Source: Deltaproteobacteria bacterium (GTDB lineage: Bacteria; Myxococcota_A; UBA796; SXON01). Taken from it: 64,000 nucleotides of DNA. Positions 41,797 through 52,100 of this stretch are shown here, piece after piece. The DNA lies in assembly GCA_947484175.1 (NCBI GenBank), contig CANKOI010000004.1, positions 3,407 to 67,406 of the forward strand, written 5' to 3'. A program made the position numbers and the translations under genes. How positions within the stretch are numbered: position 1 is the first letter of the stretch; the number at the start of each line of letters is the position of its first letter. The notes beneath the pieces were generated by a model that had not been told where the DNA came from, ran no database searches, and worked only from the letters and a program-made list of their open reading frames with translations.

Positions 41797-42837
41797 TCAG
41801 GTCGGTAGCACCTGCATGAGGCGCTCGGCGCGTGCCCGCCATGGGAGGTCGTTTCGCAGCTCGTGGAGCGCCAGCGGCAGGTCGAAGCGGGCGCCCAGCT
41901 CGCCTGCGAGGACGCGGGCGCGGCCGCGGGAAAGCGGCGTCTGGCGCGCGAGACGAACGGCGTCGAGGGCGTCGTCGGCGACCCGGAGGGTGGCCGCACG
42001 CAGGCAACGCATCTCGACGGACATGCCCGCGAGCCCCTGGCGATCGGCGTAGGCCAAGGCGGTGTCTACGGTGCCGGTCGGAGATGCACGCAGCCGGCCG
42101 CGCCACGCCTCGGCGCGCAGGAAGCCGCCCTTTCGACCCACGCTGGCCCAGGCGGCGGACGCTTGCGCAAAACACGCGTCCGCTTCCGCTACCTCCACGG
42201 CTTCGTCCTGCCCGTGGGGAAACCAAGGCACCCCTCGCAACGAGAGTTGGAGTACGTGGGTTTCGCCCAGCTCCATCCAGGTGGCGGCGAGGGCCCCCGC
42301 TGCGGCGGGGTGGGGGCGCAAGAGCGCCGCGAGGCTGCGCCACTGCGCGGTGGCTTGCCGAAGGTCGCCCTCGAGCCGCGCGAGCTGCCCCTGCCGGAAG
42401 CGAGCCGCCAGACGGGCCGAGTCGCTGTCCGTAGCGGCCAATTCCTCGAGGGGCTCCTTGGCCTCAACCACCAGGCCTGCCGCGAGCATGCAGCTCACCA
42501 GTACGTCGAGGGACAGAGCCCGCGGGGCGCCGTCCTCGGCGGCGTCGGCAGCGGACGCGGCCACTCCGAGCGCGGCGTGCACCTCGCCGCAGTCGAGCAG
42601 GGCGCCCGTGAGGAGGATGGCGTCGTGGACCGTGGCGGGGCGGTGGCGGAGCGCCAACCGGATCGCCTCGACAGCGTCTTTGGGTTCATCGGCTCGCCGA
42701 TGCGCGTCGCACGACCGCGAAGCGTACTCCGCTGCTCGTTCGCCGATCGCTTCGGCCTGTGCCAGCTGCATCCACGCGGCGCCGGCGGCTGACCAGTCGC
42801 CGGCCTGTTCGAGTGCCTCGACGGCGGCGGGTAGCAT
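41797..42837 (-). CDS. TPR-like helical hypothetical protein
   Basis: Ala/Leu-rich helical repeats (AGDWSAAGAAW, GDLRQATAQW). Confidence 0.65.
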   Translation of the reverse strand: MLPAAVEALEQAGDWSAAGAAWMQLAQAEAIGERAAEYASRSCDAHRRADEPKDAVEAIRLALRHRPATVHDAILLTGALLDCGEVHAALGVAASAADAAEDGAPRALSLDVLVSCMLAAGLVVEAKEPLEELAATDSDSARLAARFRQGQLARLEGDLRQATAQWRSLAALLRPHPAAAGALAATWMELGETHVLQLSLRGVPWFPHGQDEAVEVAEADACFAQASAAWASVGRKGGFLRAEAWRGRLRASPTGTVDTALAYADRQGLAGMSVEMRCLRAATLRVADDALDAVRLARQTPLSRGRARVLAGELGARFDLPLALHELRNDLPWRARAERLMQVLPT

Positions 42838-42861
42838 CCCGAGAGCGTAGCCCGTTACGGC

Positions 42862-43428
42862 GTGGGGATGGTGGTGGCGTTCTGCGCGGCGGTGCGGTCG
42901 GAGCTGGGGGCGCTCCCCGGCGAGGCCTTAGGGGTGGGGCCCGTGGCGGCTGGCGTGGCGGCAGGCGCGTGGCTGTCGCGGGCACGGCCCGAGGCCGTTT
43001 TGTTGTTGGGAACTTGCGGAGCGTACCCGGGGGGACCGGCCGTAGGCGCGGTCGTGGCCAGCGCGCGACTGGGGCTGGGCTCGGCCGCGTCCGCCCTCGG
43101 CGCCGGGTACGTGCCCATGCCGCCGCCGCCCCTTTCGGGCGACCCCCTCGTGCTCGGCGACCTTGACCTCCCGGCCGTGAGAGTGCTCACCGTCCAGGCC
43201 GTAAGCACCTCGCCTGCGCTGGTCGCCGCCTTCGGCGCCGACTGGGACGTGGAGCACATGGAGGCCTACGCAGTGGCCCGGGCTTGCGCCGATCACGGGG
43301 TTCCCTTCGTCGCTCTGCTCGGCGTCGCCAATGTCGTAGGACCGGATGCGCACGCAGAATGGCGGCGCAACCGCGCGGCGATGGAGGCCGCTGTGCAGGC
43401 GGTCGCGGCCCGCGTGCGGGTCGGTTAG
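42862..43428 (+). CDS. Nucleoside phosphorylase/futalosine hydrolase (MqnB-like)
   Basis: GVGPVAA, LGTCGAY, VEHMEAYAVA, GVANVVG. Confidence 0.75.
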   Translation: MGMVVAFCAAVRSELGALPGEALGVGPVAAGVAAGAWLSRARPEAVLLLGTCGAYPGGPAVGAVVASARLGLGSAASALGAGYVPMPPPPLSGDPLVLGDLDLPAVRVLTVQAVSTSPALVAAFGADWDVEHMEAYAVARACADHGVPFVALLGVANVVGPDAHAEWRRNRAAMEAAVQAVAARVRVG

Positions 43429-43439
43429 CCGGCGTGACC

Positions 43440-43961
43440 ATGAACCCCCAACTCCCTCGCGAAGCCGTGCACAAGTGGTCGGAAGATTGCGCTGCCGAAG
43501 GCCTCGCGTTTCAGTCCGTCGCCCGGCGAATCCTCGAAGATCAGGGCCGCTTGGCGCGCTTCTTCAAGTCCAACGTGCCCCAGATGCCGGGTCAGTCGGG
43601 GGAGGTTGCCCTCTACCTGCTTGCGGTGGTCGTGCGCATCTTCGAACGCGCCGGGGGCAAGCTCGGCCGGATCACGCACAAGGAGATCGGTGAGGCCACC
43701 CGCCGCATTCAGGCGCACGCCGCGCTGCTCCTTCCCGGCGACGCCGGCTTCCCCAACCGCGTTCGCGCAGTGGAGAGCCGCGCCCAGCCGCACATCCTCG
43801 ACGAAGCGCTGCACGCGCTCTTCGAACGCGAGGAGAAGAAGGACGAAGAGGTCGACATGCCGCCCGACCACGCGGCGCTGGTGTTCTTGATGCTCTGGGC
43901 CGCGACCGAGGCGTGCGAGCTGGCGTGGACCGCGCCTGAGAGCCCGGAGTGGTCGGCGTAG
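43440..43961 (+). CDS. Hypothetical protein
   Basis: ATG at 43440; typical codon usage; operon position. Confidence 0.7.
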   Translation: MNPQLPREAVHKWSEDCAAEGLAFQSVARRILEDQGRLARFFKSNVPQMPGQSGEVALYLLAVVVRIFERAGGKLGRITHKEIGEATRRIQAHAALLLPGDAGFPNRVRAVESRAQPHILDEALHALFEREEKKDEEVDMPPDHAALVFLMLWAATEACELAWTAPESPEWSA

Positions 43962-44489
43962 ATGGGGCTGCGGAGCGCGATCAAGGCGCGGGTCAAGGCG
44001 GCGCTCGGAGGGAGCGGCGGCGCGGCGGCTCCCGCGACGGTCGCGGCCCCTGCTCCTGCGCCCGCGGCGGCCCCCCCGGCGGCGCTGCCTGCCGCCCCCC
44101 CCTCTGCCGTGGCCAAGCCGGTCGAGCTATCCGCCGTGGCTCAGGCCGCTGCCGTGCGCGAGGGCAAGGCCGGCACCTTTGCGCACATCGGGTACAACGT
44201 GGCCGTGTTCCGGCATGCCGGGCGGCTCTACGCCATCGACAACGCCTGCGCCCACGAAGACGGCCCCATCGGCGAGGGCGAGATCGAGGGCACCTGCGTG
44301 CGCTGCCCGTACCACGATTGGCAGTACGATTTCACCACCGGCGCCTGCATCACCGACCCCGACCGCGGCCGTGCTACCTTCGAGGTGGTGGAGCGCGACG
44401 GGCAGATTTGGCTGGGCGCCCAGCTAACGGCCGGCAGCGAAGCACGCGGCGGCGACCACGACGACGGCTTGGAGGTCATCATCAAATGA
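43962..44489 (+). CDS. Rieske [2Fe-2S] ferredoxin with Ala/Pro N-terminal extension
   Basis: NACAHEDGP...VRCPYHDWQYD. Confidence 0.92.
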   Translation: MGLRSAIKARVKAALGGSGGAAAPATVAAPAPAPAAAPPAALPAAPPSAVAKPVELSAVAQAAAVREGKAGTFAHIGYNVAVFRHAGRLYAIDNACAHEDGPIGEGEIEGTCVRCPYHDWQYDFTTGACITDPDRGRATFEVVERDGQIWLGAQLTAGSEARGGDHDDGLEVIIK

Positions 44490-44836
44490 GTGAAGCACTC
44501 GGTTCCTTGCTCTGCAAGGGCGTCTCGTTCACGCAACTGCTGCCTCGGCTCGGCGCTGCCGCCGAAGCAGGCCGCACGCTCACCCTCACGGTCGAAGACC
44601 GCGCGCGGCCGTACGTGGATCACGTGGTCGAGGGCTGGACGGACGGCCCGCCTTCGAGCGCCGTGGCCTTCGTACTCTCCGGCAAGGACCCGGCCGGCGA
44701 CCACAAGTGGCGCCGGTTCACGCTCAGCCGCGTGGCTCCCTGGACTTACGAGCTCGGCGTTTTCCCGACGCCGTTCAACAACGGGCAGGACCCACTGGCG
44801 CCCGGCGTGCCGCCGTCGAGCTCGCGGAGGCGGTAG
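44486..44836 (+). CDS. Hypothetical protein
   Basis: ATGA overlap with the Rieske gene; GGAGG upstream. Confidence 0.65.
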   Translation: MSEALGSLLCKGVSFTQLLPRLGAAAEAGRTLTLTVEDRARPYVDHVVEGWTDGPPSSAVAFVLSGKDPAGDHKWRRFTLSRVAPWTYELGVFPTPFNNGQDPLAPGVPPSSSRRR

Positions 44837-44848
44837 TCGCCCCCTCGC

Positions 44849-46639
44849 TCAGCTCCCCAGCACGGCCGCTTCGTAGTCCGCCACGTCGCGGGCGATGCCC
44901 TGAATGGCTCGCCGCCACGTAGCCACGTCGCCGAGATCGAGGCCAAGCTCCTCGCGGGCGATGGTCTCGGCGTCGTCGTCGCCGGTGCGGGCGAGCAGGC
45001 GACGGTAGGCCGCTTCGGCCGCGGCGCCCTGCGGCCGAAAGGCTTCGTACACCAGGTTGGCGAAGAGGAAACCGAAGGTGTAGGGGTAGTTGTAGAACGC
45101 GATGCCGGGGATGAAGAAGTGAAGCTTCCTCGCCCAGAAGAGCTGGTCTACACTGGCAAGTTGCCCGCCGTACCACTCGGAGTAGATGCGCACGGTGGCG
45201 GCGTCGAGCGCGTCGGTGCTGAGCGGGCCATCTCGCCGCATTGCGTAGAAGGACCGTTCCAGCTCGAAGCGAGCCGGGATGTTGCAGAGGAAGGCGGCGG
45301 CGTCTTGCAGGGAGTTGTCGAGGAGGCGCAGGCGCGCTTCGGGGGTGGTGGACTGCGTGCGGGTCGCTTCCCGCACCAGAGCCTCGGCGAAGGTGCTGGC
45401 GGTCTCCGCGAGGGTCATCGGCAAACGGCGCTGGCTCACCGGCCGTTCAAAGAGCACCTCGGCGTGGAAGGCGTGGCCCAGCTCGTGGGCGAGGGTGGCG
45501 GGCGCCTTGTCGTTCTTTGACCACGTCATGAAGATGCGGGTCTCGTTCGTTGCGGCCACCTCCGTGCAGAAGCCGCCGCCGCGCTTTCCGGGCCGGTCTT
45601 CCACCTCGATCCAGCTCTCGCGCAGCGCCCGCTCCGCGAACGCCGCCATTCCGGGGGCGAACTCGCCGAACTGGCGAACGATGAGGTCCTGGGCGGCGGG
45701 GTAGCTCACGCCGGGGCCCGATTCGCCCACGGGGGCGCCGAGGTCGTACCACTCGAGCTTCTCCACGCCGAGCGCGTGCGCCTTCGCTTTGAAGTAACGA
45801 ACCATCAAGGGGCGCGCCTCGCGGCAGGCTTCGAGGATGGCGTCGAGGGTGGAGCGGGCGATGCGCGACTGCACGAGCGGCTCGTCGAGCTCGTCGAGGC
45901 CGCGCCGATCGTTCAGCGTGAGGCGCGTGCCCGTGATGTGCGTGAGCGCGGTGGCGCAGCGGCGGTCGATGCCGCGCCACGTGGCCTGCACGGCCTCGAA
46001 CGCGCGTGCGCGCACGGCCCGGTCCTCGTGGTACATCGTCATCTCCGCCTGACCGGCCGAGAGCGACTCCGGCCCGTTCCCGCGGTCGAGGGTGACGGTG
46101 AGGGCGCCGGCTTCTACGTCGTAGAGTTGGCCCCAGGCCACGATCCCGTCCTGCGAGAGCCCGGCGAGCAGGGATTCTTCGGCCTCAGAGAGGCGCAGGC
46201 GACCCTGGGCGCGGTCGGAGAGCAGCATGTTCCGCATGTGCGAGATCGCGGGCTCGGCGAGGAGCGCGTCGAAATCGGCTTGGGGCATCCGGGCCACGCG
46301 GTCGCGGGGCGCAACCCAGCTCTGGGCGCTGAGCGCGCCCAGGGCGGCCATGCGCGACTCGGCCCGAATCGCCCCCTCGTCGCGCGCGGCGGCCGCCGCG
46401 TGGCAGCAGGTGAAGGCGAACAGCGTGTCTACGCGCGGCGAGATGCGTTCGAGATCGAGCAACAGCCCCGCGAGCACGGCGGCAGCCGGGCGCTCGGGCA
46501 GCGCGGCTGCACGTCGGCCCAGCTCGCGCAGGCTCCCTTCCAGCGCGGCGTACTCCGCCTCGAAAGCATCGCCCGTGGGGCCGCCCGGCAGGATGGAGTC
46601 GAGGTTCCAGGTGTCGGAAGGGGCAATGGACATGGTCAT
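44849..46639 (-). CDS. M3B oligoendopeptidase F family
   Basis: WNLDSI, WYDL.AP, GKRGGGFC, TLAHELGHAFH, AETAS, FYNYPYTFG. Confidence 0.93.
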   Translation of the reverse strand: MTMSIAPSDTWNLDSILPGGPTGDAFEAEYAALEGSLRELGRRAAALPERPAAAVLAGLLLDLERISPRVDTLFAFTCCHAAAAARDEGAIRAESRMAALGALSAQSWVAPRDRVARMPQADFDALLAEPAISHMRNMLLSDRAQGRLRLSEAEESLLAGLSQDGIVAWGQLYDVEAGALTVTLDRGNGPESLSAGQAEMTMYHEDRAVRARAFEAVQATWRGIDRRCATALTHITGTRLTLNDRRGLDELDEPLVQSRIARSTLDAILEACREARPLMVRYFKAKAHALGVEKLEWYDLGAPVGESGPGVSYPAAQDLIVRQFGEFAPGMAAFAERALRESWIEVEDRPGKRGGGFCTEVAATNETRIFMTWSKNDKAPATLAHELGHAFHAEVLFERPVSQRRLPMTLAETASTFAEALVREATRTQSTTPEARLRLLDNSLQDAAAFLCNIPARFELERSFYAMRRDGPLSTDALDAATVRIYSEWYGGQLASVDQLFWARKLHFFIPGIAFYNYPYTFGFLFANLVYEAFRPQGAAAEAAYRRLLARTGDDDAETIAREELGLDLGDVATWRRAIQGIARDVADYEAAVLGS

Positions 46640-48534
46640 TCCTCGAGGTAGGTGTAGCCGTCGAGCCCCGACTGGAACGCGGCGACCATCTTGGCGGCTT
46701 CGGTCACGGTCATCCGACCTTCCTTCATCGCCTTCTCGGTGGCCCGCCGCACCCGCCGCACGAGGTCGGCGCGCCCGAACTGGACGTAGCTGAGCACCTC
46801 GGTGACGGTGTCGCCTTCGATCACGTGGTCGATGGCGTAGCCGCCGTCTTCGTCGAGCGACACATGCACCGCGTGGGTGTCGCCGAACAGGTTGTGCAGG
46901 TCGCCGAGGATTTCCTGGTAGGCGCCCACCATGAAGATCGCGAGGTAGTAGGGCTCCGCTTCGCGCAACGGATGCAGGTCGAGCACATCTTTTACGTCGC
47001 GCAGGTCGATGAAGCGGTCGATCTTGCCATCGCTGTCGCAGGTGATGTCGGCGAGGATGGCCTGACGGGTGGGCTGCTCTCCGAGCCGATGGATCGGCAT
47101 CACCGGAAAGAGCTGTTGGACGGCCCAACTGTCGGGCGCGCTCTGAAACACCGAGAAGTTGCAGAAGTACGTGTCGGCGAGCGATTTTTCGAGACCTTCG
47201 AGCTCGTCGGGAACGTACGACTGCTGCCGCGACACGTGAAGGATTCGCTGGCAGGCCTGCCAGAACAGTTTTTCGGCGCGGGCCCGCTGCTCCAACGAGA
47301 GGTTGCCCACGTTGAAGAGCGTGAGGGCCTCTTCTTTGGCCGCGAGGGCGTCGTGGTAGGCCTCCTGGAAGGTCTTGCGCCCGATGCCGTCGCACACCTG
47401 GTGCAGCTCCTGCAGGCACTCCGGGTCGTCTTCCGTGACCGGGTCGATCACCGCGGCGTCGGGGAATTCGGTGACCCCCAGCACGTTGAACACGAGCACG
47501 CTGTGATGCGCGGCCAGAGCGCGGCCCGACTCGGTCACGATGGTGGGGTGGGGCAGCTCGGCGTCGTCGCACGCGCCCTGCACGGCGGCCACGACGTCGG
47601 CCGCATACTCGTCGATCGTGTAGTTCATGCTCGACTCAAAGTTGGTGCGGCTGCCGTCGTAGTCGACCCCGAGCCCGCCACCGACGTCGAAGTAGCGCAT
47701 CGGCGCGCCCAACTGGCAGAGGCCCGTGTACACCCGCGAGGCCTCGCGCAGCGCGTTCTTCACGCTGCGGATCGCGCTCACCTGCGAGCCGATGTGGAAG
47801 TGGAGGAGCTGCATGGAATCGAGCCGGCCACGCGAGGTGAGGTAGCTCACGCCCTCGACCATCTCGCCCACGGTGAGCCCGAACTTCGCCCGATCGCCAG
47901 CGCTGCCCTCCCAGCGGCCGGCCCCCTTGGTGGCGAGTTTGGCCCTCATCCCAATTACCGGGGAGACCCCCACGCGGTCGGCCACGTCGCACACCAGCTT
48001 GAACTCGCTGAACTTCTCCACCACAATGATGGGGTTGCGCCCGAGCCGCTGCGCCATCAGCGCCGTCTCGATGAGCTCCACGTCCTTGTAGCCGTTGCAG
48101 ATGATGAGGGCCTCGGGGTCGTCCATCAGCGCGAGCACGATGAGCAACTCGGGCTTGGAGCCGCATTCGAGGCCCATGTGGTACTGCGCCGCCACCTTCA
48201 CGTAGTCCTCGACGAGGTGGCGCTGCTGGTTCACCTTGATCGGGAAAACGCCCCGGTACTTGCCGGTGTACTCGTACTCGCGCATCGCATGCTTGAAGGC
48301 GGTGGCCATCGTGCGAACGCGGTGCTCAAGGATGTCGGTGAAGCGGATCAGGAGGGGCGGCTGCAGGTCGCGGCCCACCAGATCGTCGACCAGCTGCTTG
48401 AGGTCGATCGAGTCGCCGCGGGGGCCGGCGGGGGTGACCTCGACGTTGCCCGCGTCGTTGATTCGGAAGTAGTCGCGCCCCCAATTGCGGACGTTGTAGC
48501 GCTCGACGCTGTCCTGGATCGACCAATTCCGCAT
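46636..48534 (-). CDS. speA: Biosynthetic arginine decarboxylase
   Basis: VFPIKVNQ, GSKPEL, CNGYKD, HFHIGSQ, DVGGGLGVDYDG, DITCDSDG, GAYQEILGDLHNLFG. Confidence 0.96.
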   Translation of the reverse strand: MRNWSIQDSVERYNVRNWGRDYFRINDAGNVEVTPAGPRGDSIDLKQLVDDLVGRDLQPPLLIRFTDILEHRVRTMATAFKHAMREYEYTGKYRGVFPIKVNQQRHLVEDYVKVAAQYHMGLECGSKPELLIVLALMDDPEALIICNGYKDVELIETALMAQRLGRNPIIVVEKFSEFKLVCDVADRVGVSPVIGMRAKLATKGAGRWEGSAGDRAKFGLTVGEMVEGVSYLTSRGRLDSMQLLHFHIGSQVSAIRSVKNALREASRVYTGLCQLGAPMRYFDVGGGLGVDYDGSRTNFESSMNYTIDEYAADVVAAVQGACDDAELPHPTIVTESGRALAAHHSVLVFNVLGVTEFPDAAVIDPVTEDDPECLQELHQVCDGIGRKTFQEAYHDALAAKEEALTLFNVGNLSLEQRARAEKLFWQACQRILHVSRQQSYVPDELEGLEKSLADTYFCNFSVFQSAPDSWAVQQLFPVMPIHRLGEQPTRQAILADITCDSDGKIDRFIDLRDVKDVLDLHPLREAEPYYLAIFMVGAYQEILGDLHNLFGDTHAVHVSLDEDGGYAIDHVIEGDTVTEVLSYVQFGRADLVRRVRRATEKAMKEGRMTVTEAAKMVAAFQSGLDGYTYLEE

Positions 48535-48628
48535 GGCGCCTTCCGGGGGGTGGCGCGCGGCTAACACGGTGGGGGGGGGGCGCTGGGGGTTGGGGCAGGG
48601 CGGTCGCAAAGTGCGCGGGCCCGCCGGT

Positions 48629-48756
48629 CGATGAACGATGCGCGATCACCGATGCTCGGTGGGCGAGATTCGACAACCGAGGGTCGACGGACGAAACTCG
48701 ATTTTTCGACTGCCGAAACTCGACCCGTCGATGATCAAGGTTCGATGAACGAACTC
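48629..48756. repeat. Degenerate heptamer array, 18 units of CGA-N4/5
   Basis: cgatgaa cgatgcg cgatcac cgatgct cggtggg cgagatt cgacaac cgagggt cgacgga cgaaact cgattttt cgactgc cgaaact cgacccgt cgatgat caaggtt cgatgaa cgaactc. Confidence 0.85.
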
Positions 48757-48796
48757 TCCGTGTGACTCCTTCAACCCGCGGCCCGCCGGAGTCAAT

Positions 48797-49051
48797 GTGG
48801 AATACGCCTTCGACAACGAGAATCTCGATGTCTACCGCCTCGCGTTGGAGGTCGCGCGCGCCTGTCCGTCGCTGAGAATCGCCACCGGGCGGTCCCGCGG
48901 CGGGGATGCCGGGCGCAACCACTACAGGATCGCGGCGGGCTCGGCCGCGGAAGCCTGCGCGGCTCTGGATCTGGTCGGTACGCCCGAGGGGATAGCGCTC
49001 CAGCCGAAGCTGCGGCGGGTTGGGGCGTTGCTGCGGGGCCTCGTTCGATAG
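48797..49051 (+). CDS. Four-helix-bundle (23S rRNA IVP-like) protein, apparently internally deleted
   Basis: FDNENLDVYRLALE and YRIAAGSAAEACAALDL ends; the usual central DQL-R helix is missing. Confidence 0.7.
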   Translation: MEYAFDNENLDVYRLALEVARACPSLRIATGRSRGGDAGRNHYRIAAGSAAEACAALDLVGTPEGIALQPKLRRVGALLRGLVR

Positions 49052-49157
49052 CCGCGTTCGCGGCCGGATCCGGTGGCGCCGACTTTGCGACCGCCCTGGG
49101 CCCTGCCGGGGCCCCTTCCGCGATTGCTGTTAGACTCCCCGTCCGACTCTGAGCTCG

Positions 49158-52100
49158 ATGCCGATCCGCCCGCCGAATCTGGACGACCGCCGCTACGAAG
49201 ACCTCCTTCGCGAAGCCCGCGCCCTGATCCCCCAATACACGCCGGAGTGGACCAACCTCTCCGATGCCGACCCCGGCATGACCCTCGTCCAGCTGTTCGC
49301 GTGGATGACCGAGATGGTCATCTTCCGGCTGAATCAGGTGCCGGACAAGACCTACATCCACTTCCTCAACTTCATCGGTGAGGAGCGGAAACCGGCCCGC
49401 CCGGCTGCGGCGCCGCTCACCCTGACCCTCCGGGGAGAAGGCGGCATCGATCTTCCTCCCTATGCCCGGTGCGCCACCCGCCAACGCGAAGACAGCACCG
49501 CAGTGGACTTCGTCACGGTCGACGGCTTGTCGGTGCACGGCGCCACGATCACCCGCGTGATGGCCGTGCGCGGGGGTCAACGTCCCGCCGTTCGCGAGAT
49601 CCCCTACACCTACCTGCGCGACAATCCGTCGGCGCTCCTCTTCGGCGGGGGCCGCGGTGTCGACGTCTTCGATCTCGATCCGGTGGATTACGGTCCCGAG
49701 GCGTACACTCCCGACCAGTTCCTGTACGTCAGTCACGAGGACCTGCGGCTCATGGACATTGAGGCCGACGGCGAGCGCCCGCTGGGTCGGCTCCGGCTGA
49801 GGCGCGGGGGCACTAGCGGCGACAACTTGAGCGTGGCCGCCTTCTTCCAGTGGGAGTACCCATCCGCCGAGGGCTGGTTGCCGGTGGCGATGGACTTGGA
49901 CCCGGAGGAGAGTCCCGGGTTGCCGGAAAACACGATCGTGACGGCGCTCCCGGGCATCCTCCCCCTAGACCACTTCGGCAACAACGCCGCCTTCGGGCTG
50001 CCCGAGCCCGTCGCGACCGCGAAGTGGTGGCTCCGCGGGCGGCTGGATTTTGAGCGTTGGCTGGCGGGCCGAATGCTTCAGGACCTCGAGATCACCTGGC
50101 GGGACGACCGCGGCGGCGAGGAGCGCTCGATCAACAACTGGGAAGTCCGAGCCACAGGCCGCACCTTGGAGTTCTTCCTCCAGGACGTGCCACCGATCCG
50201 GGGCGGCTGGGTGTTGCGATTCGCCCTCGTGGATCGCGGCGTACCTTCTGGGCGTACGAGCTACCTTCCTCGCTATCGCTGGTACTACCGAAGGGGCGAG
50301 GGCTGGGAGGAGGTTCCCAAGGAGAGGGTGCGTACGGACGGCACGGTGGTTCTCCTGACTGGCCCGCTCACCGACATGGCCACCGACGGCTACAACCTCC
50401 GCGCGGAGCGCATCGAGACGGTGTTCCTTCAGGGTTTCATCCCCGAACTGGAGCTAGATCTCACCTGGGTGCGTCCCATCGAGTTGGCCATGTTCTGCGG
50501 GGACGACCCCCGCCGACTCGAGCCGCTGTTGGTGGACGAAGGGCCGTGGAGCCCCTTCCAGCTCGCCACGATGATGCCGCCCACCATCGGGCGAAAGTGG
50601 TACGTGGGCAGCGACCTCTTCGAGAATCGGAAGCAGGAACCCGTGGTCGTCGAGCTGGACGTCGTGTTCGACATGAACGGTACGGCGATTCCCGAACCGA
50701 GTGAGCTCTACTTGCTGCAGCTCACCTACCGGGCCGAGGACAACTGGCGCGTGGTGTGGTCGGAGAACAAGATCTTCACCAGCTTCACCTTCGCAGACCT
50801 CGATGGCACCAAGGAGCTCGACAAGAAGGCCCGCCCCGTTGGGCCCCGCACCATCACCGTCCTGCTCGACCCAAAAACCCAGCTTAAGGGCCTGGCCCGG
50901 CACGACATCGACGGACGCGAGAGCACCTGGCTCCGCTTCGAGTTGGTGAAGTCCTCCCTCACCGGTCAGGACGAGAAGAAGGAGCAGCACCCAATCGTGC
51001 CGCGCATCCTCGCCGTCCGACTCGGAGTGCAGAACGGTGTGGGCGCCAAGAGCTACGACCAGCCGCTCCCGGGGCCCCGCATGGCCCAGGTCGACGATCG
51101 GGCCGAAAACCCCCGCCTGACCCGAGCGATCACCCGAGCCGTGGGGCGCCTCGGAGAGTTCTACCCCTTCTTCCCCTTTGTGGAGCTGAAGGACGAGAAC
51201 CAAGCCCTCTACCTCCAGTTCAGCAAGCCGCTCCCGGCTGGCCGGCGCCACGTGGTGCATGTTCGCACCCGAGGCGAGTCCTTCCTTCCTGAAGGGGTGG
51301 AGGTGCACTGGGAGATGTTGGAAGCTCAGGCCTTCGGTCGTCACGTGTGGCGCCGCCTGCACGGGCCCGGCGAGGGAGCGGCACGCCCCTACCAACTCAC
51401 GCGCACGGGAACCCTCGAGTTCCCCTTGCCCGACCCCCCCGAGGCGGGGCCGGACGGACTCTGGCTCCGTGCCCGCTTCGCCTTGCCGGTGGGCGCCACC
51501 CTCGACATCCTGCCGCAGATGGCGCCCATCACCCACGTGCTGCTGAACACGGTGGAGGTGGTCAACCTGATCACGGTGCGAACGGAACGTTTCTCGGGCT
51601 TGGGCGTGCCGAACCAGACCGTGCAGCTCCGAAACGCACCGGTGTTTCTCCACGACCTCGAGCACGAGCGCAGCCTCTTTGCCCGGCCCGAAACCTTTCC
51701 CGACATCGTGGTGTACGTGGAAGAGCCCGACGGCGCCGTGGAACCTTGGAGTCGGGTGCCCGACGGGGCGCTGTTGACCGCCAGCAAGGACGACCGCATC
51801 TTCGTGGTCGATGCCACGGAGGGCACGCTCACGTTCGGCAACGGCATCCGTGGAAGAATGCTGCCCGTGGGCTCCGCGAACGTGGTGGTGGACGTGTACC
51901 GAGCCGTTCCCGGTGCTCGCGGCAACGTGGCGGCGGGCGACATCAACGTGATGGAGGGGTACGCCGACTCGGTAAAGGCGGAGAACCTGCTGCCGGCCAG
52001 CGGGGGGCGCGATGCCGAATCGATCGACGAGATCATCCGCCGCGCGCCGAGCCTGCTCACCAGCCGCGACCGGGCCGTAACGCAGACCGACTTTGCGATC

